Assembly (NCBI GenBank): GCA_026936335.1
Contig: JAPMXV010000042.1
Span: forward strand, 186,001-250,000
DNA length: 64,000 bases
Direction: 5' to 3'
Origin: Mantamonas sphyraenae STR306
Lineage: Eukaryota; Protista; CRuMs
In this document: piece by piece, positions 1-12,800 of the stretch
Position numbering within the stretch: position 1 is the first letter of the stretch
Layout of the letters: every line of letters begins with the position of its first letter
The notes under the pieces: model-generated
What the model was told of the DNA's origin: nothing
The model's input: the letters and a program-made list of their open reading frames with translations, nothing else
Databases searched by the model: none
Translations under genes and position numbers: made by a program

Positions 1-3000
1 ATTGAAGTTGATCTTCACAAATTCAAAGCCCTCCTTGCGCATCTGCTTGCTGATCTCGGGCTCCTCCGTCAGCGTCATCCTCCTCTGCCTGCCTCCAGCA
101 GCCCCTCCCACACTGGGTCCGATTTCCAGACTCTGCACCATGCTGCTCATCTCCTCCTGTTGGGCAATCGACGACAACGCCGCCCCACTGACGCTTCTGT
201 CACGCCCACTCGACCCCAACTCCTCGTACCGGTTGCCAGCACGCGACGACAGGATCAGCTCCTGTCCATTCAGACCCAACACAGACTCTTCCTCGTCCAA
301 GGGCGTCGGACGGTCGCTAAAGTGCAGGTAATGGTCTCCTGCTTCCAGCTCCCGCTTGGCGCAGATCATGTGCAGCAGCTCGCCCACATTCTTCTGCTGG
401 CCAATCTTCACCGTGGTACGTGCGCCGTTGTTGTTCGGCAGAATCACTTTCACCACCACCGTGCCGTCCAGCAGCGCCAATCCCTGCTGCTGGCACCATT
501 CGTTCGTACGCATCAGAATCTCACTGTTCAACAACGGTGCCTGCACATCACACGCACGCAGGTAGCGCAGACCGTCGCTCCACACCACAAAGTCGCTCTT
601 GCGCACCGCCTGCATGTGCCACTCCATCGACACAAACACAAGCACAAACCGAAGCTTCTGCTCGTCTTCCGTACGGATTTCCAGCAGCTCCCGCAGTGGC
701 ACTCGCCTCAAGCTGCCCTCGTCTCCCATTTGCTGCTGTTGTTCTTGCTGCTGCTTCGACGTCCCTTCTCCTTCCTGTTCGCTGCTCTTGCCCTTGGAGT
801 AGATGGCCAACAGGTTGACTCCGTCCAGCGAGTCCCGAAACAGAATGCTGCGCCTGTCCTGGCTCAGCCGAACATACGTAAGGATGGGTCCGCTGTCCTC
901 GTCCTCAAAATCGTCCTCCCAGTCGTCTGCCATGTCGTCTTCCTCCTCCTCCTCCTCCTCATCCCCAGCACCCTCATTCCCTTCGCCTTGTCCTCCCTCA
1001 TCCGAGTCCCCTCCTCCTCCTCCTCCTCCTCCTCCTCCACGTGATCCACGCTGCATCTCTGTGCGGTACCTCACATCCACACACAGGCCTCCACGTGCAC
1101 GCTCTGCGGCCTCTTTGGCCCCCGCTGCCGTCTCCTTGTCCTCCTCCTCGTCTCGCTCAAAGAACGCCCCCTGGAACATTTCCACCACCTTTTCCTCCAT
1201 CACAAATGCCGTCACACTTCGCTTCACCCTCCGTTTCACCGCCTCCTGTTCCGCCAATGCTGCTTCTGCCTCGGCTTGCTCCTTCACGCGGGACAACGTG
1301 CGCGGTGCGAGTCCACCCGCACGTTCCTCCTCCTCTCCCTGCTCCTCCCCTTCACCACCCTGCTGCTGCGCTTCAGTCTGCTGTTGTGTCTGTTGTGCGC
1401 CCTGTCCCACCTCAAAATCCAGATCAGCCTCATCCAACTCCTCAGGGACGTCCGGCACCTCGGGCGTGTGACTCTTGTGGCTCGTGAATCGCATCCAGAT
1501 GGAAGGACGCTCTGCGGAGCCCTTGGAAGCCTTGGCCACCTTGACGTCGGTCTGATAGCCCTTTTCCTTCATGTTGCTGCTCAGTTCCACCTCCACGAGC
1601 ATTTCCAACTCTTGCAGGCTGCGCGGTGTCACCATGCGCTGGTTGAGCAACACTCGCAGTCCGTCAATCCAGTCCACATACTCGTGCACATTCAGTGCCA
1701 CAAAGTGCAAGGCGTCACGCTTGCCCTCCTCAAAGACAATCGAAAACGACATGGTGTTGGCTGCCCCCAGCTTGCTGTCCCAGTACGGCACCGCCAACAG
1801 CTTGCGTGGCACCACCACCGCCTTGATGTCGCGCACATCCAACCGTGTCGCCACTTCCACCAGTCGATTGCGTGTGTCTGCGCGCAGTTGGCCCTGAGCC
1901 CCACGATACTCCACGTACGCATCCACCACCTCTTTGCGCTCACGTCCATCCACCACCAACAGGTGTGTGCGTGCGCCACTCAGGCACACAAAGCTGATGA
2001 CAGCCGCCCCTCCACCTGCCCCACTCCTGGCCTGCAGGAATCCACCCAGTTCCAACACGTGCATGCGACTGGCACTCAACAACTTCACCGCACGCTTCTC
2101 TGCACGCGCGTGCATCTCGTCCAACTCTCCCTGTGTCACAACCTCCACACGCACACTCGAGTGGCTGTCCGTCCGCGAAAGATTCCCAAACAGATCCCTC
2201 TTCTCCAGCGCCAATGCCACCGTCTGCGAGTCCCCTCGTCGTAGTTGCAGCATCGACGCACGTCCTGCCGTCCTTGTGCTTGCCTCCACCTTGCTCTTCA
2301 CCTTTGCCAACTGAGCCTGTCGTTTCTTTGCCTCAGCCTCCTTCTTCCTCGTTTCTGCCGCCTGTCTCTTCTTCCTCTCCCCTGCCTCCTTTGCCTGCCT
2401 TGCTGCTTCCTCTGCCTCACGTGCCTTGTTCTCCTTCTCCATGGCCGCCTGCTGCTCTTTGCGTCGTGCCTCCCTCTCTGCAGCCATCCTCTCCTGCTCC
2501 TCCAGTTTGGCTTGCATCTCCTGCAACTCCAGTGTCTGCGACTGCCTCGCCTTCAGCTCCTCGGCCTGTGCCAGCATGCTCTCGTATGCACGCTGCTGGT
2601 ACACTCCTGCATTGTACGTTTCCTCTCGCAGCATGGCCTGCCGTGTCCTGGCAACCACCTCCTCGTCACGTCGTGCATCCACGTGTGCCTGGTACTCTTC
2701 CTCCAGCCGCATCCCTTCCAGCGTACGTTCGCGCATCTCATCCAGCCACATCGACAGATCCGCTTGATACTGTGCCTCCATGAACATGCCCAGTCTAGCG
2801 GCCATGGCTGCTTCCACGTTGGCATTGCGCACCTGCCTTCCGTATCTCTCTTCCACCTCCATGGCTGCTCGGTTGGCCTCCACCTTTGCCCGTTCCGCCT
2901 CTTCGATCAGCATGCGCACCACACGCCGCATGCGATACCCGCGAAACGACGCCTGGATGCACACCGCCGCACGTCGCATGCGTTGCAGGAACAAACGCAC

Positions 3001-5785
3001 GCCACGGCGGATGCGATATGCTCGCCAGTAGCGTTGGATCACAGAGCCGGCACGGCCCATGGCACGCTCGCGGTACAGTTCCAACTCGGCGTACTTGCGA
3101 TCCTTGAGAAAGACCTTGGTGTTGCCAATGGCCCAGCCCACTTCGCTGTCTTCGCTGCCTGTGCCTGGGTCTCCCGTGCCCACCTCATCGTCCTCGTCCC
3201 CTCCGGCATCGCTTGATTCCAACAGCCGTGTGCACCACGCTTTGGCGTCCAACCCTTGCAGTTGTTGCAGCTCCGCCTCGCTGGCCAACACACGGTACTG
3301 GTCCACGAAGCGTTCGTGGCTCACACGCACAGGGAAGCCCATCTTGCGAATGAGAATGCTGTCCATCATGCCCGTGTACCGCAGTTGCCGCAGTATCATT
3401 CGTGAGTCAAACTTGTCCGCTTCCTTTTCGGCGTTGGGTTTCAGACACCGCACAAAGTGTGGCTCCGTGGCACCCAGGTTGGTCATCAGATCGCTCAGTT
3501 GTGCCTTGAATTTGGCCCCAACTGTGGCTGCACCCTTCTTGCGTCCACGTCCACCCCCTCCCATCCGCCGTGCTCCAGCCCCACCGCTGCTGCTGCTGCT
3601 GCTGCTGCCTGCGTCTTCCCCCTCAGAGGGAGGTTTGGGAAACAGCGACGCCACAAAATCGGAGCGTGATTCCTGCGTGAGCGTCTTGAGATCCTCGCTC
3701 ACCGTGTCCTTGTTCTTGTCCATAAAGTGTGTGCTATCGTACTGCACGTCGCCTGCAAAGTGTCCCACCGCAAAGTCAGTGCGTGAGCGCGGCAGCCGGC
3801 TAAAGTTTGGATGTTTGCCGTGCAAGTCGCGGATCTTGTCGAGGAAGCCCTGGTCGGAACCCTTGGGCAGACGACACTCCTCCTGAAGCACGGACAGGAT
3901 GCCTGTTGCCTTCTTTTCAATCAGATCCAGGCATGCTTGGTTGTCGGTAAAGTTGACCGAGGTCCAGGGGACATTCTCGGCCTCGTACACGGCCTGCTCC
4001 GTCTTGAACGCATGCTGATTGAAGTGCTGCTGCAACTTTTCGTTGGCCAGATTGATGCACAGCTGCTCGAACGAGTTGTGTTCAAACGACTCAAACCCAA
4101 AGATATCCAGGATGCCAATGAAGTTGACAGAGGTGGCCGACGGCTGCATGGCCTCGTTGATGCGCTTCACCAGCCACTCAAACACGCCGTTGTACAACGC
4201 CTTGACAAAGGCATCGCGGTTGTCCACCGCCTGCTGTCGCGTAAGGGGCTTCTGCATCACATCGCGTCCCACCACAATGGATCGGTTGCACAGGCAACGC
4301 TGCAGTGCACTTGCTTCCACACGAAGCAGCTGCGCAGCAAGAATGACAGCACCTGCATCCTGGATGTCAGCCTCATCCTGACCATTGGCCACAAAGAGGA
4401 CGTTGCCCAGGTGTAGGATGGCACCCAGCACCTTGAACAATTGCGTTTGCAGCTTGCCCGAGATGCCCAACTTGCTCATGGCCGTGCGTGTCAGGGCATA
4501 CTCTGCTGCATCGTCCATGCCCTCGATGCTCAGGCATCCCGATGAGTTGAGGAAGGCATACTCGTCGGCAGAGAGCAGACACAGCTCCTGGCGCATCTTG
4601 TCCGAGGCCCCACTCAGCAGCTGGTAGAAAATGTGGTAGTTGCGCTCCTTTGGCGACTGGCGGATCACACGCGTCTTTTCCAACAAGTATGTGTCCATGG
4701 ATGCCCCAATCATCTGTTGGGTGCGTGAAAAGTGCACCTTGAGGAACTTGCCAAACCGCGACGAGTTGTTGTTGCGCACCGTTTTCGCGTTCCCAAACGC
4801 CTCCAGAATGGGATTCGACTGCAGGATCTGCTCCTCCACATTGATCTTACTCTTGCCTCCTCCTCCTCCCCCTCCCCCTCCCGTTGTGTTGCCTGCGGAA
4901 GCGCTGCCGCCTGCACTCAAGCCCCCACTGGTTGCCTCGGCGATGTACTGCAACACAATCTTGGTGGCCTCCGTTTTACCTGCGCCAGACTCACCACTGA
5001 TGATGCACGACTGGTTGATGCCCTGTGTGATGAGTGCACGGTAGCAATCCTCTGCCACCGCGTACAGGTGAGGTGTATGCATTCCCTGGCGCACAGCGTA
5101 GTACTGACGCATCACTTCCACGCCGTACATGTTCTGGATGCGCTTGAATGGATTCACAGACACCAGATAGGGACCTGTGTATGTCTGTTGGGGACGGGAG
5201 TGTGGGTGCGTGGCACAGGTGTGGATATCCGTGGCGTCAGTGGAGTGGGTGTACGTACAAGGGAGGCCCACCTCGACGAGAGGGCCGCCTTGGGAAGTGC
5301 AAAGGTTTTGCAGCGACTCCTTCTACAAACCTACGTAGGGCTGTTCACGTGCAAAGCGCACTTTGAGGGTGTGCAACAATGACCCCTCATGCAGGTCGTC
5401 CAGGTTGACCATGTCGTCGATGCCCTCCAGGCATGCCTCGGAGCAAGGCGACAGGTTGTTGGTGCTGACCTGAACTTCGTTGTCGTCCCCCACACGCACC
5501 ACCGCCTGTTGGCCATCGGTGGACAGTACCTGACCAACCACCAGGCCAAGTGCCTCGTCTGGAACCCATACCCAGGCTCCCTGTGGCGTGTGTCAGTGCA
5601 TGTGGCTCGTGTGTGTGCGCGTGTGTGTTTTGAGCTCAACCTACCTCCGAGACAAACTGTGGTCACACATGGGGTTTTGTGGTGGTGAGGTCATGGTCGC
5701 ATGCGAGGGGGATTGGTGTCAGGGAGAAGAAGGGGGTGGGATGGATTGGGGAAAGGCAGGGGATCCACGTGGGCTGACGTACCAT
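1..5785 (-). CDS. Unconventional myosin (SH3-like N-terminus, motor, 2 IQ, coiled coil, 2x ELMO-type PH, RBD-like); 3' end runs off the window
   Basis: Manual minus-strand translation: GAWVWVPD, DDMVNLDDLHEGSLLHTLKVRF, TYTGPYLVSVNPF, P-loop GESGAGKT, NPILEAFGNAKTVRNNNSSRFGKF, IQRYWRAY and IQASFRGY. Inferred exons 5785-5783 (ATG), 5656-5645, 5580-5335, 5184-1 (frame open to the edge, hence missing from the ORF track). Confidence 0.95.
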
Positions 5786-5824
5786 TTGGATTTCTTTTGG
5801 CGGCCAGGTCGCCAAGGAAAACCC
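5786..5824. promoter_or_regulatory. Putative 39-bp bidirectional promoter with central quasi-palindrome
   Basis: Lies between the inferred divergent ATGs (5785, 5825); TTGGCGGCC-A-GGTCGCCAA at 5797-5815. Confidence 0.5.
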
Positions 5825-7292
5825 ATGGTGAGTGACCCCAACCCGATTGAACAAATCCCACACACAGACACACACACACACAGAGTGACACTGACACATG
5901 CACTCCCCGGCGTCCACACAGTCGCAGAGTTGGTACGACTGGTGGTGGGGCGCCCCTGCCACGTCAACGGACGACGATGCAAACAACAGCAACGACGACG
6001 ACACGGAGCAGGACAAGGGCAAATCTGGTCCCAGCAACAGCAAGTCGGACACAAGTGAATCGTACAAAGACAGTGTGGAGAAGCACAAGGAGGCCCGTGT
6101 GGCTGCTGCAGATCAAGAGCGCGTGCGTCAAAATCGAAAGGCCCGGCTGAATGGCCATTCGCCAATTCGCATCCTCGCTCTTGACGGAGGCGGCGTACGC
6201 GGCTACCTCACATGCATCTTGCTGCAACGCATGGAGAAGGCCCATCCGGGATTCATGGACTCCATCGACGTGTTTGCAGGTACGTGTGTGTGTGTGTGTG
6301 TGTGTGGTGGAAAAAGGTGTCCGTCCGCCTGAGTTTGCTCCGCAAGCCCCGTTTTTCCCTTTGACTTTTTCCCCGCAAACTCGCACACTGGCGTTTCCCG
6401 GGCTTCCCATGACTCACACAGGCCAATCTCCAGGCACATCCACGGGTGCAATTGTGGCAGCTGGGCTCGCATACGGCTGCTCGGTGGATCAAATGATCAA
6501 ATTCTACGAGGAGGACGCAGTGCGTGTGTTTTCGCGCGCTCCATCATGGAGGAGGTGGCCAGCCTGGACGGATGGACAGGCTCCGAGTTTCCCCACTCGC
6601 CTTTGCGGGAGCTGCTGGTGGCCACGTTGGGAGAGGCCACCCTGGATGACACCCCACGGGGTCTGTTTGTGCCCACCACCGATCTGCTGGGCGAGAACGA
6701 CCAGACGGTGCAGAGCGACTCGTGGCACCCTCGCTTCTTCCACAATCTCAACGGAAGCAACGATTTGGACCAGAAGCTGGTGGATCTGGTCATGCGTTCC
6801 ACGGCAGCCCCGTCCATCTTCCCCATCTACCAGGAGTTTGGCGACGGAGGCATTGTGGCCAACAACCCGTCGTTGGAGTGTCTCATGGGTGTGCTGTCCT
6901 CTCTGGACAGGAAGGCGGACGGAATGCTGTACAGTGGCTCCCTTGGGGATGCCGACATCCGCCTGCTGTCGCTGGGCACCGGACGCATGCAGCACGACAT
7001 GAAAAAGTACATCAGTGCAGGCAACCTGGATCTGGGACTGGACGATTGGTTGGTCCCTCTCATCACCATGCAGAATGACGCCCAGTCCCAGCTGGCAGAC
7101 GCCCATTGTTCGCAGCTCCTCGGTTCCCGATACCGCCGCATCAACCCGCTCCTGACAGAGAGCATTTCCCTGGATGACGTGCAGCAGATGTCCAAGATTG
7201 CAAAGGCTGCCAACGAGACCAATCTCGACGACCACATCGACTGGCTGCACGCCAGCTTCATGGCCGATCCCGAAGACGCCGAGTTGTTGTGA
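5825..7292 (+). CDS. Patatin-like phospholipase (apparent frameshift near 6523-6540)
   Basis: RILALDGGGVRG, nucleophile motif GTSTG formed across intron 6280-6433, RSTAAPSIFP, DGGIVANNP. Probable ATG at 5825 followed by intron 5828-5921. Frame change between FYEEDAVRVF and SIMEEVAS. Confidence 0.9.
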
Positions 7293-7337
7293 AGGCAGGC
7301 GTAGCCCCAAGCCCAATGCACACGCATTCGCTTTTGT

Positions 7338-9718
7338 TCATTTCTTCCTTCGCTTCCTCTTCCTGCGTGGACTCTTGACAGTGGGCACATCCTTCGCCAC
7401 ATTCAACCCGTGTGCCACACCACCTACAGTTGTTGACTCTGTATCCATCTCCCCTTGTCCAACTCCTGTCCCACCACCACCACCACCACCACCACCACTG
7501 CTGCTGCTGCTACTCTCTCCCATCTGTGGAATCTCCTGACCAATGCCTCCTTCCTCCTCCTGCGCCCCGTCGTTCATCTCGGGGTCTCCCTCCTCAAACT
7601 CGTCTCTTGTACGCACCTGTCCCCTCTGTGCTGTTCCTGCTGTTCCCCCACCCAACTCGTCCATCTCTTCCTGGAATACAATCTCCTCTTCCATGCCCCC
7701 GATTCGCCGCAGAGGTTCGTCGTCGGCGTCAAAATCACCGTACTCACCATGGTTGCGCTCCTCCTGGTCATCCATCTCGTCCTCCTCTTCGTCCTCTCCC
7801 CCTCCCATGTCCACATTCCATGCATTCACCCTTGATTCTGCCGCCGCCGCTGCTGCTTGCCTCTCGTGCATGGAATTCAGCAGCAGCATGCTCTCCTCAT
7901 TGGCCTGCATGTTCTCCTCACGGATGCGTTCCAGTTCCTCCTGCTCGTCCAGACCCTCGTACAAGGAAGGGTTCATGCGCCGGATCTCCTCCACCTCCTT
8001 GGCACTGCGGATCAGTTCCTCGTCGCCTCCGCCTGTGCCCACCTGTTTGATGCCCTTGAAACCACTCAGGATCTGTTCCTCCGACACCCCACTCAGTAGT
8101 TGTCGCACCACGTGTTGGTACTCACTGTTGTGTGCCATCACAACCCCCATCTGCCGCTGTTTGTACCTTGTGGGCAGACTCGAGTGCGTAATCACAACCT
8201 CTGGTTTCCTTGCAGGCTGTGTCATGGCCTGTCGCAATTCCTCATTGCTACTATCCGCCACATCCACCACCTCACTTGACTCGTCCCTGGCCACCCGCTG
8301 CCCTGAGTCCTCTCCCACCGCACCCTGCCCCCTTTCCCCACTCTCCCCACTCTCCCCACTCTCCCCATCCCCTTCCTCCTCCACAGTGATGTTGGGCTTG
8401 CCCAGTCGTGCCTCCATCTCCCGGATGGTGGCCTTGGCTGCAGCCAGCAAGCCAGCCGTCCGTGTCTTTTCCGTGTTCAGCTTGGCAAAACTCGGCGGCT
8501 CGTAGTTGGCGTTGTCGGTCATGCGATGCTGGATCAACGCAGGCAGGTAATCCAGAATGTCCATCAGATAGAATTTCATCGTGCGCCTCGTGATGTCGTC
8601 CGTCCATGGGATCACCTTGGCACTGTGCACCGCTTTGTACAGACCCCGCTTCATCTCCAGGTACCGCTCACGTGCCGTGCGAGGACTGGCATCCAGAATG
8701 AAACAGATCTCCTCCAGGTCTTTGTCCAGTTTGTAGCCCTCGCAGACGATAAACACACACGCTGCCAAGATGACCTCGGGTTTGCGTCCCGTCAGCAGCC
8801 ATTCCAACTCTGCAAACCGCACCAACTCCACAATCTTCTCCTTCACAAACTGCACATTCTCGTCCAGATTCAACGAGTCGACCACCACGTCCACAAAGTG
8901 TTCGGGCTTGATGGGGGCAATGTCCGAGAAGCCCATCTTCAACACCACCTGCTTGAACCGCTCTCCCAACTTGAACGGATTGCAATTGATCGCACGGCCT
9001 GCCTTGACCAGGGTGACTGGCAACCTGTGACGCCTGCACACGGTGTAGATGCATGCACCCACCCACAGCTCTGCCTCCGCCCCGTTTCGCCACCCGCCCA
9101 GCTTTTCGTTGAAGAAGCGTTCCACCAGATGCGCCGCCTCGGTTGTGTACGTTGTGTTCATCTTGAGCGACGTGCACCACACCTTGACGTTGTTGTTCAT
9201 GTCCCTCTGTGCGCCATGTGTCAGTCCTGTGCTCGGGTTCCGCTTTTTGGCGCGTTTTACGCGCCACACCCTTCCTCCTCGACACCGCTGGTTTGCTCCC
9301 CCCACACACACACACACGACCCCGTCAAGGTGCTTATCACATGTGCTCACAAATAGTGTGCAGTGTGTCGCGTTGTGTGTCCTCTCCCTGCGCTTACCTT
9401 TGCATTGCGCGCCGAGATGCTCATGCCTTCGTCCGGGTTGGCGCGATTCGGACCGCGGAAGCCACTCTCCTCGAGCTGAGTGTATGTCATGGTGGAATCC
9501 AGCTGCGACTGGTTAATGACCTGGTGACACAGCGTACAGGTGCGTTCCTGGTCCACGTTGATGAACGCAGGCAAGCCAAACTCGTGACACTTTGGACACT
9601 CGAGGAACTGGTCTGACGCGTTGGCCATCGTCGAAGCCACCCCAGACGACGACGACGATGACGACGACGACGACGACGACGAAGATGACGAAGAAGACGC
9701 TGCGTACACCGATGCCAT
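7338..9718 (-). CDS. BRF2: TFIIB-related factor, BRF2-like TFIIIB subunit
   Basis: Zn ribbon CPKC...CTLC; intron 9397-9207; two cyclin folds with LVRFAELEWLLTGRKP and IPWTDDITRRTMKFYLMDILDY, then EPPSF and ELIRSAKEVEE; acidic tail. BRF family is secure, BRF2 versus BRF1 less so. Confidence 0.75.
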
Positions 9719-9850
9719 CGTTTTCGGTTTTGGAACTCCTCGACCGCGACGACAAGAGGTGTGTGTTTTGGTCGACCTGGCGCCCAGTGGCGACCAAAAG
9801 CACGGTTCTCCAGTTTGGGCTTCCAGCAGACACAGTCACATACAAAAAGG

Positions 9851-12800
9851 ATGGCATACAAGCATTCGGACACGTTGCCGGATCTGGACTGGAGCCAGGA
9901 TTCGATTGACGTGAGCGGGAACAATCTGGAGGAGCTGGAATGGCCGGAGGACCAGGAGTACGGGGCTGTGGAACACCTGTTTGCACGCTCGTCGCACATG
10001 CACACCATGCGCAATGTGCACCTGTTCCACGCCTTGTTGACATTGGATGTGTCCGACAATCAGCTGGAGACGCTTCCGGCTGAACTTCCAGCCACCCTGA
10101 CCCACCTGGACGTCTCTCGCAACCAACTGACCACGCTTCCACCCTCCCTGGCCGCATGCACTGCCCTCCACACTCTGGTGGCCAGTGACAACGTCATTGC
10201 AGACCTGCAAGGTGACGCACTGCCTGCCATGGCTGCCCTGCGTACGCTGGAACTGGCCAACAACCTTGTGGGCGACCTCCCCGCCGCAATCGGCACCCTG
10301 CACCAATTGGAGACGCTGGTGCTGTGTAACAACAAGCTGGCTGGCATCCGAGCCGATCTGGGTGATTGTGTGTCGTTGACCGAGCTGGATCTGGCCGATA
10401 ACCAACTGACGGCGTTGCCCTCACACCTGGCTTCCCTTACGGCCCTGCAACGACTCAACCTGGCCAGCAATCTGCTCACCAACCTGCCACATACCTTTGA
10501 CCGCATGGCCTCTCTCGTGTGGCTCAATCTTGCCAGCAACCATCTGGAAGGCATCCCTGCCTGTGTGTCCGCAATGCCCTCTCTGTGCGAGCTCAGTGTT
10601 CGATTGTACGTTCCACCCCTGCCCTGCCCGCGTGCATGCACGTTGTGCACCCGTACACTTGCACACGCGTTCCATGTGGACCTGCACGCCCATGCTTACA
10701 CTCACTTTGGGGAAACACCCACGCACCACCGTGGTGGGATGGCCACAACAACGCAAACTGCAGCAACCAGTTGACGAGCATTCCCGACCACATCGAACAT
10801 CTGGGCAGGCTTCAAACATTGGATCTGAGCGACAACATGATTGAAGTGGTGCCCCACCAACTGGTATCGCTGGTGCAATTGGAAGATCTGATGCTGGCAA
10901 ACAATCGCATCCGAGAACTTCCTGCTGATCTGTCGGAGCTGGACAATCTGTACACACTGGATCTGCGTGCCAACAAACTGGACACACGTGCCATTGCCGT
11001 TGTGTTGACGCTTCCATCGCTTGGGGTGTTGCATGTGGATGACAACCCGTTGCCCGAGGCGGTGTTGGATGCGCACACCTTGCGTCGGCAATTCCAGGCC
11101 CTGGATGAGGCCGTGGGCGAGGAGGTGCTTGCAGCTGCGGCTGCTAATGAGCTGCTTGGTGAGGAAGCGGAGGGAAGCGGGGCAGTGAGCACACTGTCCG
11201 AGTATACGTCCAGCACATACCGACACTCGCAGATGGAGATGATGCATCGCAAGGTGCGACGCGTGCTGCTGCGCACACAGGACGAGGAGCACGAATCCCT
11301 GGATTTGCACAAGAAGCAACTGAGCCAAGTGCCCACGGATGTGTTTGCCATGTCCTGGCTCCTGGAGTTGGATTTGAGCGACAACAGCGTGGATGACATC
11401 GGCGCCTTTGCACACGCCACGCTTCCACACATCACCTACCTGGACATCAGCTACAACCAAGTGCACGATGTCAGTCCCCTGTTTGCACTCACCTCCCTGA
11501 CTCAGCTCAAGCTGGATTCCAATGCCATCGAGACCCTGGAGTGGCCTGCGTGTGCTCGGCAGCGTCAGGAAGATGCCATGGCATCCATGCAGCAGGAGGA
11601 TTTGCAACAACAAGAGACCAGCACCAACGACGGCACAGACACATCCACGCACAATGGTGAGGACCATGAACCCAGCAGCAGGGTGCCCATGTGGACCCAG
11701 TTGACGCAGTTGTCGATGAGTGGCAACTACGTGACGCACATCCCAGGCACCCTTGCGTGTGCGAGTCGTCTACGCACACTGGACATTGCCAACAATCGTG
11801 TGGAACGCATGGATGGTGCGTTGGCAGGTCTGACGCAATTGACAGAGTTGAACGCAGCCAACAACCAAATGGTGGTGATTCCAGACGCCGTGTTGGCCAT
11901 GAGTGCACTGACCAACCTCAACATGAGCCAAAACAGGCTGTTTATGCTTCCCACTGACTTGGGTCGTCTGGAAAACCTGCTTGTGCTTCGCGTGCAGGAG
12001 AACGAGCTGAGTTCGCTGCCACAGCAGATTGGCTCACTGCAGGGGCTGATGCAACTGCACGCCAACGACAACCAAATCAGCACGCTTCCCGGTGAGTTGA
12101 CCTACCTGCGACACCTCAAGGTGCTTGTGTTGGACAACAATCTCTTGTCGGCGCTGCCTGCGGACATGAACCAGTGCGACGCCTTGTCGGAGCTCTCGCT
12201 GGCTGCCAACCACTTCAGTGCCCTCCCTGTCAGCTTGTCGGGCATGCGTGCCCTCGTGCGGCTTGTATTGTCGGACAACTGGATCATTGGGTTGCATGCA
12301 GACGCGCTGGATCACCTCGATGCGTTGCGCGAACTCAACCTGGCACGCAACCAGATTGTGGAGTTGCCCGAAGCCCTGTTTGACCTCACCACCCTCCAGC
12401 GTCTGGACGTGTCGTACAATCGCATCCAGACGCTGCCTGCACACGTGTTGCGCCTGGAGCGCCTGAGCGAACTCAGCATCAGCAACAATCTGCTGGAGGA
12501 GCTGCCGGGCCAGTTGGGACAGATGCAAACATTGGCTGTGTTGGACGTGGAGAGCAACCCGCTGTCCACCATCCCGTACCCTGTGGTGCAACAGGGAGTG
12601 TCCGCCATCCTTGCTCATCTGCGCTCCCCGTACCTTCGCGGCGATGAGACGGTGGAGGATTTGCTGGACGGGGCCGTGGAAGAAGAGTGGGAAAAGCTGA
12701 GGCTGCGCAATCTGAAGCTGACGGCGGTGCCGGAGCTCATCTTTGACATCCACTCGTTGAACTACCTGGACCTGCGACACAACTACATCGAACGCATGCC

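Noticed and set aside
5825-7292. Patatin as a CBASS CapV-like defence effector
   Set aside because: No CD-NTase or other defence neighbour; an ordinary intron-containing patatin is sufficient.
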